A stretch of DNA of 64,000 bases from Ranitomeya imitator (lineage: Eukaryota): contig NC_091291.1 of assembly GCF_032444005.1 (NCBI RefSeq), forward strand, positions 7,192,001 to 7,256,000. Reading direction: 5' to 3'. Each line of letters begins with the position of its first letter. Within the stretch, counting starts at the first letter, position 1. The notes below the pieces were generated by a model, which worked only from the letters and a program-made list of their open reading frames with translations, was not told where the DNA came from and made no database searches. This document shows, piece after piece, positions 21,622 through 33,797 of this stretch. The position numbers and the translations under genes are program-made.

Positions 21622-22078
21622 GGGGGAGGCGGAGCACCGAGGAGGAAAAAGAGGGGGAGGCGGAGCGCCGAGGAGGAAAAAGAGGGGGAGGCGGAGCGCC
21701 GAGGAGGAAAAAGAGGGGGAGGCGGAGCGCCGAGGAGGAAAAAGAGGGGGAGGCGGAGCGCCGAGGAGGAAAAAGAGGGGGAGGCGGAGCGCCGAGGGGG
21801 AACAAGAGGGGGAGGCGGAGCGCCGAGGGGGAACAAGAGGGGGAGGCGGAGCGCCGAGGGGGAACAAGAGGGGGAGGCGGAGCGCCGAGGGGGAACAAGA
21901 AGGGGAGGCGGAGCGCCGAGGAGGAACAAGAGGGGGAGGCGGAGCACCGAGGAGGAACAAGAGGGGGAGGCGGAGCACCGAGGAGGAACAAGAGGGGGAG
22001 GCGGAGCACCGAGGAGGAACAAGAGGGGGAGGCGGAGCACCGAGGAGGAACAAGAGGGGGAGGCGGAGCACCGAGAAG
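21622..22078. repeat. 31-bp purine-rich tandem array, about 15 copies, in OTUD3 intron 2
   Basis: Unit GGGGGAGGCGGAGCGCCGAGGAGGAA(A/C)AAGA. Confidence 0.95.
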
Positions 22079-22122
22079 GAGGATAAAACGAGGTGATAAG
22101 ATGCAATGATCGTGGTTCTCAC

Positions 22123-22271
22123 CGTGTCTGTCAAATGGAACGTCATCCTCCACAAAGGGCTCAAAGTCATGGCGATGCTTCACCATGTAATCGGCGGTCT
22201 CCTGTCGGTGCCGCAGGTGATTCCGGGAATGTCCCTCCAGCTGATCCCCCAGAGCGTGGAACAAGCAATTA
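22123..22271 (-). CDS. OTUD3: OTUD3 exon 2 (catalytic Cys)
   Basis: (G)[49 protein letters not shown]; AG/GT. Confidence 0.96.
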
Positions 22272-22769
22272 CTGTGAAGACACGAGGGAAATATAAAGCC
22301 AAAAGACAGGGATGGACGAGCCGAGGCTGAGGACGAGGACTTGTCAGCCATGTTCTAGGCTTCCCATGGTGGCTCACGGCAGGGTCTACACCTGCGGCTC
22401 TGGGGCCGTCTGGGAGGAGACAGAGGTCGAAGAGGAGTCTGGTTGGTCCTTAATTGGTCCTCCAGCTGGGACTCACATTAGCACTTATGGCTTTTTAATT
22501 GTTTTCACATGTGCATTTTTTGTCTAGCGTATTTATTTGTATCATAATAAATGTACTAATATTTAGAACAGAGATCCTTGCTTTGTATACGCACTTTTTT
22601 CCTTTTTTTCTGATCTGCTGGTAATTATAGCACAGACCCTGCATAGGGACATCACCACAGTGTTGCGCCGTAGAGACACTGAGAATCACAGCTGTAAAAT
22701 ATCGTGATAGAACATCAGCTGTGAGAACAACCTCCGTCTGCTGCCAGACGGCCCGAGAGCCGCAGGTGT

Positions 22770-25700
22770 GTATGGAGGTGCGGACAGTGCAGGGCTCAGG
22801 CTCTAGGTGTAGGTGTTGCAGAATAGGAGCAGTATGGAGGTGCGGACAGTGCAGGGCTCGGGCTCTAGGTGTAGATGCTGTAGTACAGGAGCAGTATGGA
22901 GGTGCGGACAGTGCAGGGCTCAGGATCTAGGTGTAGGTGCTGCAGTATAGGAGCAGTATGGAGGTGCGGACAGTGTAGGGCTCGGGCTCTAGGTGTAGGT
23001 GCTGCAGTATAGGAGCAGTATGGAGGTGCGGACAGTGTAGGGCTCGGGCTCTAGGTGTAGGTGCTGCAGTATAGGAGCAGTATGGAGGTGAGGACAGTGC
23101 AGGGCTCAGGCTCTAGGTGTAGATGCTGCAGTATAGGAGCAGTATGGAGGTGAGGACAGTGCAGGGCTCAGGCTCTAGGTGTAGGTGCTGCAGTATAGGA
23201 GCAGTATGGAGGTGCGGACAGTGCAGGGCTCAGGCTCTAGGTGTAGGTGCTGCAGTATAGGAGCAGTATGGAGGTGCAGACAGTGCAGGGCTCAGGCTCT
23301 AGGTGTAGATGCTGCAGTATAGGAGCAGTATGGAGGTGAAGACAGTGCAGGGCTCAGGCTCTAGGTGTAGGTGCTGCAGTATAGGAGCAGTATGGAGGTG
23401 CAGACAGTGCAGGGCTCAGGCTCTAGGTATAGATGCTGCAGTATAGGAGCAGTATGGAGGTGCGGACAGTGCAGGGCTCAGGCTCTAGGTGTAGATGCTG
23501 CAGTATAGGAGCAGTATGGAGGTGCGGACAGTGCAGGGCTCAGGCTCTAGGTGTAGATGCTGCAGTATAGGAGCAGTATGGAGGTGCAGACAGTGCAGGG
23601 CTCAGGCTCTAGGTGTAGATGCTGCAGTATAGGAGCAGTATGGAGGTGCGGACAGTGCAGGGCTCAGGCTCTAGGTGTAGATGCTGCAGTATAGGAGCAG
23701 TATGGAGGTGCAGACAGTGCAGGGCTCAGGCTCTAGGTGTAGGTGCTGCAGAATAGGAGCAGTATGGAGGTGCGGACAGTGCAGGGCTCAGGCTCTAGGT
23801 GTAGGTGCTGCAGTATAGGAGCAGTATGGAGGTGCGGACAGTGCAGGGCTCAGGCTCTAGGTGTAGGTGCTGCAGAATAGGAGCAGTATGGAGGTGCGGA
23901 CAGTGCAGGGCTCAGGCTCTAGGTGTAGGTGCTGCAGTATAGGAGCAGTATGGAGGTGCGGACAGTGTAGGGTTCAGGCTCTAGGTGTAGATGCTGCAGT
24001 ATAGGAGCAGTATGGAAGTGCAGACAGTGCAGGGCTCAGGCTCTAGGTGTAGGTGCTGCAGTATAGGAGCAGTATGGAGGTGAGGACAGTGTAGGGTTCA
24101 GGCTCTAGGTGTAGATGCTGCAGTATAGGAGCAGTATGGAAGTGCAGACAGTGCAGGGCTCAGGCTCTAGGTGTAGATGCTGCAGTATAGGAGCAGTATG
24201 GAGGTGAGGACAGTGCAGGGCTCAGGCTCTAGGTGTAGATGCTGCAGTATAGGAGCAGTATGGAGGTGCAGACAGTGCAGGGCTCAGGCTCTAGGTGTAG
24301 ATGCTGCAGTATAGGAGCAGTATGGAGGTGCAGACAGTGCAGGGCTCAGGCTCTAGGTGTAGATGCTGCAGTATAGGAGCAGTATGGAGGTGCAGACAGT
24401 GCAGGGCTCAGGCTCTAGGTGTAGGTGCTGCAGTATAGGAGCAGTATGGAAGTGCAGACAGTGCAGGGCTCAGGCTCTAGGTGTAGGTGCTGCAGTATAG
24501 GAGCAGTATGGAGGTGCGGACAGTGTAGGGTTCAGGCTCTAGGTGTAGGTGCTGCAGTATAGGAGCAGTATGGAGGTGCGGACAGTGTAGGGTTCAGGCT
24601 CTAGGTGTAGATGCTGCAGTATAGGAGCAGTATGGAAGTGCAGACAGTGCAGGGCTCAGGCTCTAGGTGTAGGTGCTGCAGTATAGGAGCAGTATGGAGG
24701 TGAGGACAGTGTAGGGTTCAGGCTCTAGGTGTAGATGCTGCAGTATAGGAGCAGTATGGAAGTGCAGACAGTGCAGGGCTCAGGCTCTAGGTGTAGGTGC
24801 TGCAGTATAGGAGCAGTATGGAGGTGCGGACAGTGTAGGGTTCAGGCTCTAGGTGTAGATGCTGCAGTATAGGAGCAGTATGGAAGTGCAGACAGTGCAG
24901 GGCTCAGGCTCTAGGTGTAGGTGCTGCAGTATAGGAGCAGTATGGAGGTGCGGACAGTGTAGGGTTCAGGCTCTAGGTGTAGGTGCTGCAGTATAGGAGC
25001 AGTATGGAGGTGCGGACAGTGTAGGGTTCAGGCTCTAGGTGTAGATGCTGCAGTATAGGAGCAGTATGGAGGTGCGGACAGTGTAGGGTTCAGGCTCTAG
25101 GTGTAGGTGCTGCAGTATAGGAGCAGTATGGAGGTGCGGACAGTGTAGGGTTCAGGCTCTAGGTGTAGATGCTGCAGTATAGGAGCAGTATGGAAGTGCA
25201 GACAGTGCAGGGCTCAGGCTCTAGGTGTAGGTGCTGCAGTATAGGAGCAGTATGGAGGTGCGGACAGTGTAGGGTTCAGGCTCTAGGTGTAGGTGCTGCA
25301 GTATAGGAGCAGTATGGAGGTGCGGACAGTGTAGGGTTCAGGCTCTAGGTGTAGGTGCTGCAGTATAGGAGCAGTATGGAGGTGCGGACAGTGTAGGGTT
25401 CAGGCTCTAGGTGTAGATGCTGCAGTATAGGAGCAGTATGGAAGTGCAGACAGTGCAGGGCTCAGGCTCTAGGTGTAGGTGCTGCAGTATAGGAGCAGTA
25501 TGGAGGTGCGGACAGTGCAGGGCTCAGGCTCTAGGTGTAGATGCTGCAGTATAGGAGCAGTATGGAGGTGCGGACAGTGTAGGGTTCAGGCTCTAGGTGT
25601 AGATGCTGCAGTATAGGAGCAGTATGGAGGTGCGGACAGTGTAGGGTTCAGGCTCTAGGTGTAGATGCTGCAGTATAGGAGCAGTATGGAGGTGCGGACA

Positions 25701-26029
25701 GTGTAGGGTTCAGGCTCTAGGTGTAGATGCTGCAGTATAGGAGCAGTATGGAGGTGCAGACAGTGCAGGGTTCAGGCTCTAGGTGTAGGTGCTGCAGTAT
25801 AGGAGCAGTATGGAGGTGCAGACAGTGCAGGGCTCAGGCTCTAGGTGTAGATGCTGCAGTATAGGAGCAGTATGGAAGTGCAGACAGTGCAGGGCTCAGG
25901 CTCTAGGTGTAGATGCTGCAGTATAGGAGCAGTATGGAGGTGAGGACAGTGCAGGGCTCAGGCTCTAGGTGTAGGTGCTGCAGTATAGGAGCAGTATGGA
26001 GGTGCGGACAGTGTAGGGTTCAGGCTCTA
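22770..26029. repeat. 62-bp tandem array, about 52 copies, in OTUD3 intron 1
   Basis: Unit GTATGGAGGTGCGGACAGTGCAGGGCTCAGGCTCTAGGTGTAGGTGCTGCAGTATAGGAGCA. Confidence 0.98.
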
Positions 26030-26127
26030 TGAATCCTGTGCCTATGAGAGCACCAATATGGCGGCTCCTGCTTCAGGTACTGCTGTGACTGTGGAGCACT
26101 AATATGTCGCCTCAGCTCGCTCCTCAC

Positions 26128-26330
26128 CCGTCTCCCGGAACCTCTCGCAGGCGCAGCCCCAGGACTTGCAGCTGGTTGGCGAAGCTCAGGAATTCCTCCG
26201 GGTCTCCGGACTCTCCGCTCCGGTTCCGCCGCTCTTTAGCCAGAGCTCTCCGCGCTGCTCGTTCATCCCTCTTCCGCTCCAGTTCCGCCTTGTTCCCCGG
26301 CCGGGAACGGACATTCTGCTTCCTGGACAT
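26128..26330 (-). CDS. OTUD3: OTUD3 exon 1
   Basis: [37 protein letters not shown]...[19 protein letters not shown]; GTGAG donor. The 8 exons sum to 1185 nt (394 aa + stop). Confidence 0.97.
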
Positions 26331-26396
26331 GACAACAGCGGGCAGAGCTCCGAGACCGGCGGCCGCAACAGCTGCGGAGATACTTCCGGCATTCAC

Positions 26397-26410
26397 AGAG
26401 CACGTGACCA
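26397..26410 (-). promoter_or_regulatory. E-box GTCACGTG (USF/TFE-type) in the OTUD3 proximal promoter or 5'UTR
   Basis: GGTCACGTGCTC about 70 nt upstream of the ATG in CpG-rich sequence. Motif match only. Confidence 0.45.
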
Positions 26411-26558
26411 AAAGAGAGACCATAGAGAGGCAAGCGCTAAGCCAGACACGCCCGCACTGCCGCTCTACCCGGACCAGAGTCCTCCAGCCATAGAAATACA
26501 AGTAACACTAGATGGTGGCCCGAATCTAACGCATCGGGTATTCTAGAATATGCATGTC

Positions 26559-29500
26559 CACGTAGTATATTGCCCAGCCACGTAGTATACTGCCCAGCCA
26601 CGTAGTATATTGCCCAGCCACGTAGTATACTGCCCAGCCACGTAGTATATTGCCCAGTCACGTAGTATATTGCCCAGTCACGTAGTATATTGCCCAGCCA
26701 CGTAGTATACTGCCCAGCCACGTAGTATATTGCCCAGCCACGTAGTATACTGCCCAGCCACGTAGTATATTGCCCAGTCACGTAGTATATTGCCCAGTCA
26801 CGTAGTATATTGCCCAGCCACGTAGTATATTGCCCAGCCACGTAGTATATTGCCCAGCCACGTAGTATATTGCCCAGCCACGTAGTATATTGCCCAGTCA
26901 CATAGTATATTGCCCAACCACGTAGTATACTGCCCAGCCACGTAGTATATTGCCCAGTCACATAGTATATTGCCCAACCACGTAGTATACTGCCCAGCCA
27001 CGTAGTATATTGCCCAACCACGTAGTATACTGCCCAGCCACGTAGTATATTGCCCAGTCACATAGTATATTGCCCAGCCACGTAGTATACTGCCCAGCCA
27101 CGTAGTATACTGCCCAGCCACGTAGTATACTGCCCAGCCACGTAGTATACTGCCCAGCCACGTAGTATACTGCCCAGCCACGTAGTATACTGCCCAGCCA
27201 CGTAGTATATTGCCCAGTCACGTAGTATATTGCCCAGTCACGTAGTATATTGCCCAGCCACGTAGTATATTGCCCAGCCACGTAGTATATTGCCCAGCCA
27301 CGTAGTATATTGCCCAGCCACGTAGTATATTGCCCAGTCACATAGTATATTGCCCAACCACGTAGTATACTGCCCAGCCACGTAGTATATTGCCCAGTCA
27401 CATAGTATATTGCCCAGCCACGTAGTATACTGCCCAGCCACGTAGTATACTGCCCAGCCACGTAGTATACTGCCCAGCCACGTAGTATACTGCCCAGCCA
27501 CGTAGTATATTACCCAGTCACGTAGTATATTGCCCAGCCACGTAGTATATTGCCCAGTCACGTAGTATATTGCCCAGCCACGTAGTATATTGCCCAGTCA
27601 CGTAGTATATTGCCCAGCCACGTAGTATATTGCCCAGTCACGTAGTATATTGCCCAGCCACGTAGTATATTGCCCAGTCACGTAGTATATTGCCCAGTCA
27701 CGTAGTATATTGCCCAGCCACGTACTATATTGCCCAGCCACGTAGTATATTGCCCAGTCACGTAGTATATTGCCCAGTCACGTATTATATTGCCCAGCCA
27801 CGTAGTATATTGCCCAGCCACGTAGTATATTGCCCAGCCACGTAGTATATTGCCCAGCCACGTACTATATTGCCCAGCCACGTAGTATATTGCCCAGTCA
27901 CGTAGTATATTGCCCAGTCACGTATTATATTGCCCAGCCACGTAGTATATTGCCCAGCCACGTACTATATTGCCCAGCCACGTAGTATATTGCCCAGTCA
28001 CGTAGTATATTGCCCAGTCACGTATTATATTGCCCAGCCACGTAGTATATTGCCCAGCCACGTAGTATATTGCCCAGCCACGTAGTATATTGCCCAGCCA
28101 CGTACTATATTGCCCAGCCACGTAGTATATTGCCCAGTCACGTAGTATATTGCCCAGTCACGTATTATATTGCCCAGCCACGTAGTATATTGCCCAGCCA
28201 CGTACTATATTGCCCAGCCACGTAGTATATTGCCCAGCCACGTAGTATATTGCCCAGTCACGTAGTATATTGCCCAGCCACGTAGTATATTGCCCAGCCA
28301 AGTAGTATATTGCCCAGTCACGTAGTATATTGCCCAGTCACGTATTATATTGCCCAGCCACGTAGTATATTGCCCAGCCACGTAGTATATTGCCCAGTCA
28401 CGTAGTATATTGCCCAGCCACGTACTATATTGCCCAGCCACGTAGTATATTGCCCAGTCACGTAGTATATTGCCCAGTCACGTATTATATTGCCCAGCCA
28501 CGTAGTATATTGCCCAGCCACGTAGTATATTGCCCAGCCACGTAGTATATTGCCCAGCCACGTAGTATATTGCCCAGTCACGTAGTATATTGCCCAGCCA
28601 CGTAGTATATTGCCCAGCCACGTAGTATATTGCCCAGCCACGTAGTATATTGCCCAGCCACGTAGTATATTGCCCAGCCACGTAGTATATTGCCCAGTCA
28701 CGTAGTATATTGCCCAGCCACGTAGTATATTGCCCAGCCACGTAGTATATTGCCCAGCCACGTAGTATATTGCCCAGCCACGTAGTATATTGCCCAGCCA
28801 CGTAGTATATTGCCCAGCCACGTAGTATATTGCCCAGTCACGTAGTATATTGCCCAGTCACGTATTATATTGCCCAGCCACGTAGTATATTGCCCAGCCA
28901 CGTAGTATATTGCCCAGTCACGTAGTATATTGCCCAGCCACGTACTATATTGCCCAGCCACGTAGTATATTGCCCAGCCACGTAGTATATTGCCCAGCCA
29001 CGTAGTATATTGCCCAGCCACATATTATATTGCCCAGCCACGTAGTATATTGCCCAGCCACGTAGTATATTGCCCAGCCACGTAGTATATTGCCCAGTCA
29101 CGTAGTATATTGCCCAGTCACGTATTATATTGCCCAGCCACGTAGTATATTGCCCAGCCACGTAGTATATTGCCCAGTCACGTAGTATATTGCCCAGCCA
29201 CGTACTATATTGCCCAGCCACGTAGTATATTGCCCAGCCACGTAGTATATTGCCCAGCCACGTAGTATATTGCCCAGCCACGTAGTATATTGCCCAGCCA
29301 CGTAGTATATTGCCCAGCCACGTAGTATATTGCCCAGTCACGTAGTATATTGCCCAGTCACGTATTATATTGCCCAGCCACGTAGTATATTGCCCAGCCA
29401 CGTAGTATATTGCCCAGCCACGTAGTATATTGCCCAGCCACGTAGTATATTGCCCAGCCACGTAGTATATTGCCCAGCCACGTAGTATATTGCCCAGTCA

Positions 29501-29804
29501 CGTAGTATATTGCCCAGCCACGTAGTATATTGCCCAGTCACGTAGTATATTGCCCAGTCACGTATTATATTGCCCAGCCACGTAGTATATTGCCCAGTCA
29601 CGTATTATATTGCCCAGCCACGTAGTATATTGCCCAGTCACGTAGTATATTGCCCAGCCACGTAGTATATTGCCCAGCCACGTAGTATATTGCCCAGCCA
29701 CGTAGTATATTGCCCAGTCACGTAGTATATTGCCCAGCCACGTAGTATATTGCCCAGCCACGTAGTATATTGCCCAGCCACGTAGTATATTGCCCAGTCA
29801 CGTA
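26559..29804. repeat. 20-bp tandem array, about 160 copies, inside the Helitron
   Basis: Unit CACGTAGTATATTGCCCAG(C/T), in strict 20-bp phase. Confidence 0.99.
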
Positions 29805-30012
29805 TGTCACAGGTTACAAAAAATAAAAATAAACATATACTCACCTTCCGAGGGCCACTTCTAGTTCGATCACATGACCCTGACGTCATGGCAGGTCCTT
29901 CTCCCATACCACCGGAACCTGCCGCTTGCATGGAGTGGTCACCGGAGTGAAGGTGATTATATGATGATTTTTAATTTTTTAAATTATTTTTAACATTAAA
30001 TGTTTTTAATCC

Positions 30013-31298
30013 CTCCTGTCAAACCAATCTAATCAGTTTTTATGAAGAGGTAAGCTATAGGCTGGACCACGGTGAGTCATTGGACGTGGTATATCTCGAT
30101 TTTTCCAAAGCGTTTGATACCGTGCCGCACAAAAGGTTGGTGCACAAAATGAGAATGCTTGGTCTGGGGGAACATGTGTGTAAATGGGTTAGTAACTGGC
30201 TTAGTGATAGAAAGCAGAGGGTGGTTATAAATGGTATAGTCTCTAACTGGGTCGCTGTGACCAGTGGGGTACCGCAGGGGTCAGTATTGGGACCTGTTCT
30301 CTTCAACATATTCATTAATGATCTGGTAGAAGGTTTACACAGTAAAATATCGATATTTGCAGATGATACAAAACTATGTAAAGCAGTTAATACAAGAGAA
30401 GATAGTATTCTGCTACAGATGGATCTGGATAAGTTGGAAACTTGGGCTGAAAGGTGGCAGATGAGGTTTAACAATGATAAATGTAAGGTTATACACATGG
30501 GAAGAGGGAATCAATATCACCATTACACACTGAACGGGAAACCACTGGGTAAATCTGACAGGGAGAAGGACTTGGGGATCCTAGTTAATGATAAACTTAC
30601 CTGGAGCAGCCAGTGCCAGGCAGCAGCTGCCAAGGCAAACAGGATCATGGGGTGCATTAAAAGAGGTCTGGATACACATGATGAGAGCATTATACTGCCT
30701 CTGTACAAATCCCTAGTTAGACCGCACATGGAGTACTGTGTCCAGTTCTGGGCACCGGTGCTCAGGAAGGATATAATGGAACTAGAGAGAGTACAAAGGA
30801 GGGCAACAAAATTAATAAAGGGGATGGGAGAACTACAATACCCAGATAGATTAGCGAAATTAGGATTATTTAGTCTAGAAAAAAGACGACTGAGGGGCGA
30901 TCTAATAACCATGTATAAGTATATAAGGGGACAATACAAATATCTCGCTGAGCATCTGTTTATACCAAGGAAGGTGACGGGCACAAGGGGGCATTCTTTG
31001 CGTCTGGAGGAGAGAAGGTTTTTCCACCAACATAGAAGAGGATTCTTTACTGTTAGGGCAGTGAGAATCTGGAATTGCTTGCCTGAGGAGGTGGTGATGG
31101 CGAACTCAGTCGAGGGGTTCAAGAGAGGCCTGGATGTCTTCCTGGAGCAGAACAATATTGTATCATACAATTATTAGGTTCTGTAGAAGGACGTAGATCT
31201 GGGTATTTATTATGATGGAATATAGGCTGAACTGGATGGACAAATGGCTTTTTTCGGCCTTACTAACTATGTTACTATGTTACTATGTATGTTACTAT
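30013..31298 (+). mobile_element. 5'-truncated CR1 LINE inserted in the Helitron
   Basis: Open RT C-terminal frame 30080-31177 (YLDFSKAFDTVPH, GVPQGSVLGP, FADDTKL), then 3'UTR and (GTTACTAT)n tail. Confidence 0.95.
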
Positions 31299-31745
31299 TG
31301 ACGCTGCATAGGCAGCATCAATAGAAAAATCTTGGTCACACAGGGTTAAGCATCAATAGAAAAATCTTGGTCACACAGGGTTAATAGCAGCAGTAATGGA
31401 GTGAGTTACCCGCGGCATAACGCGGTCCGTTACCGCTGACATTAACCCTGTGTGAGCGGTGACCAGAGGGGAGTATGGAGCAGGAGCTTTGTACTGACTG
31501 CAGGGCAGTAGGGAGGGACTAATCGGACTGTGGCCTTCGCTGATTGGTCGTAGCAGCCATGACAGGCAACTGGCGAGACCAATCAGCGAATGAATAACCG
31601 TGACAGAAGGACAGACAGACGGAAGTGACCCTTAGACAATTATATAGTAGATGGGAGATAAAGAGCTCAGAACTCACCACCTGCAGCCAGAACACTGGAG
31701 GAAACCGTCAGCAAGCATGGAGACAGTCACTGAGCCACACTAGTA

Positions 31746-33797
31746 GAACAGTGAGTGCAGCTATGGGGTATAATACAGGATGTAACTCAGGATTAGTAAT
31801 GTAATGTATGTACACAGTGACTGCACCAGCAGAATAGTGAGTGCAGCTCTGGAGTATAATACAGGAGGTAACTCAGGATCAGTAATGTATGTACACAGTG
31901 ACTGCACCAGCAGAATAGTGAGTGCAGCTCTGGAGTATAATACAGGATGTATCTCAGGATCAGTAATGTAATGTATGTACACAGTGACTGCACCAGCAGA
32001 ATAGTGAGTGCAGCTCTGGGGTATAATACAGGATGTAACTCAGGATCAGTAATGTAATGTATGTACACAGTGACTGCACCAGCAGAATAGTGAGTGCAGC
32101 TCTGGAGTATAATACAGGAGGTAACTCAGGATCAGTAATGTATGTACACAGTGACTGCACCAGCAGAATAGTGAGTGCAGCTCTGGAGTATAATACAGGA
32201 TGTATCTCAGGATCAGTAATGTAATGTATGTACACAGTGACTGCACCAGCAGAATAGTGAGTGCAGCTCTGGGGTATAATACAGGATGTAACTCAGGATT
32301 AGTAATGTAATGTATGTACACAGTGACTGCACCAGCAGAATAGTGAGTGCAGCTCTGGAGTATAATACAGGATGTAACTCAGGATTAGTAATGTAATGTA
32401 TGTACACAGTGACTGCACCAGCAGAATAGTGAGTGCAGCTCTGGAGTATAATACAGGAGGTAACTCAGGATCAGTAATGTATGTACACAGTGACTGCACC
32501 AGCAGAATAGTGAGTGCAGCTCTGGAGTATAATACAGGATGTATCTCAGGATCAGTAATGTAATGTATGTACACAGTGACTGCACCAGCAGAATAGTGAG
32601 TGCAGCTCTGGGGTATAATACAGGATGTAACTCAGGATCAGTAATGTAATGTATGTACACAGTGACTGCACCAGCAGAATAGTGAGTGCAGCTCTGGAGT
32701 ATAATACAGGAGGTAACTCAGGATCAGTAATGTATGTACACAGTGACTGCACCAGCAGAATAGTGAGTGCAGCTCTGGAGTATAATACAGGATGTATCTC
32801 AGGATCAGTAATGTAATGTATGTACACAGTGACTGCACCAGCAGAATAGTGAGTGCAGCTCTGGGGTATAATACAGGATGTAACTCAGCATCAGTAATGT
32901 AATGTATGTACACAGTGACTGCACCAGCAGAATAGTGAGTGCAGCTCTGGAGTATAATACAGGAGGTAACTCAGGATCAGTAATGTATGTACACAGTGAC
33001 TCCACCAGCAGAATAGTGAGTGCAGCTCTGGGGGATAATACAGGATGTAACTCAGGATCAGTAATGTATGTACACAGTGACTGCACCAGCAGAATAGTGA
33101 GTGCAGCTCTGGGGTATAATACAGGATGTAACTCAGGATCAGTAATGTAATGTATGTACACAGTGACTGCACCAGCAGAATAGTGAGTGCAGCTCTGGGG
33201 GATAATACAGGAGGTAACTCAGGATCAGTAATGTATGTACACAGTGACTGCACCAGCAGAATAGTGAGTGCAGCTCTGGGGTATAATACAGGATGTAACT
33301 CAGGATCAGTAATGTAATGTATGTACACAGTGACTGCACCAGCAGAATAGTGAGTGCAGCTCTGGAGTATAATACAGGATGTAACTCAGGATCAGTAATG
33401 TAATGTATGTACACAGTGACTGCACCAGCAGAATAGTGAGTGCAGCTCTGGGGTATAATACAGGATGTAACTCAGGATCAGTAATGTAATGTATGTACAC
33501 AGTGACTGCACCAGCAGAATAGTGAGTGCAGCTCTGGGGTATAATACAGGATGTAACTCAGGATCAGTAATGTAATGTATGTACACAGTGACTGCACCAG
33601 CAGAATAGTGAGTGCAGCTCTGGGGTATAATACAGGAGGTAACTCAGGATCAGTAATGTAATGTATGTACACAGTGACTGCACCAGCAGAATAGTGAGTG
33701 CAGCTCTGGAGAATAATACAGGAGGTAACTCAGGATCAGTAATGTAATGTATGTATACAGTGACTGCACCAGCAGAATAGTGAGCACAGCTCTGGAG
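31746..33797. repeat. 86/81-bp tandem array, about 24 copies, with a 253-bp higher-order repeat
   Basis: Unit ...ACAGTGACTGCACCAGCAGAATAGTGAGTGCAGCTCTGGAGTATAATACAGGATGTAACTCAGGATCAGTAATGTAATGTATGTAC. The ORF track repeats every 253 bp. Confidence 0.97.

Larger units (their letters stand above)
26508..31651 (-). mobile_element. Non-autonomous Helitron with expanded internal 20-mer array and nested CR1
   Basis: The minus strand begins TCTACTATATA (31651) and ends CCCGATGCGTTAGATTCGGG hairpin + CCACCAT + CTAG (26508). It sits between host A (31652) and T (26507) with no TSD. Confidence 0.9.

Noticed and set aside
21441-22351. Pro-rich and Arg/Gly/Glu-rich ORFs of about 200-250 aa
   Set aside because: They are translations of the 31-bp intronic repeat; only the real OTUD3 exons 2 and 3 within them are coding.
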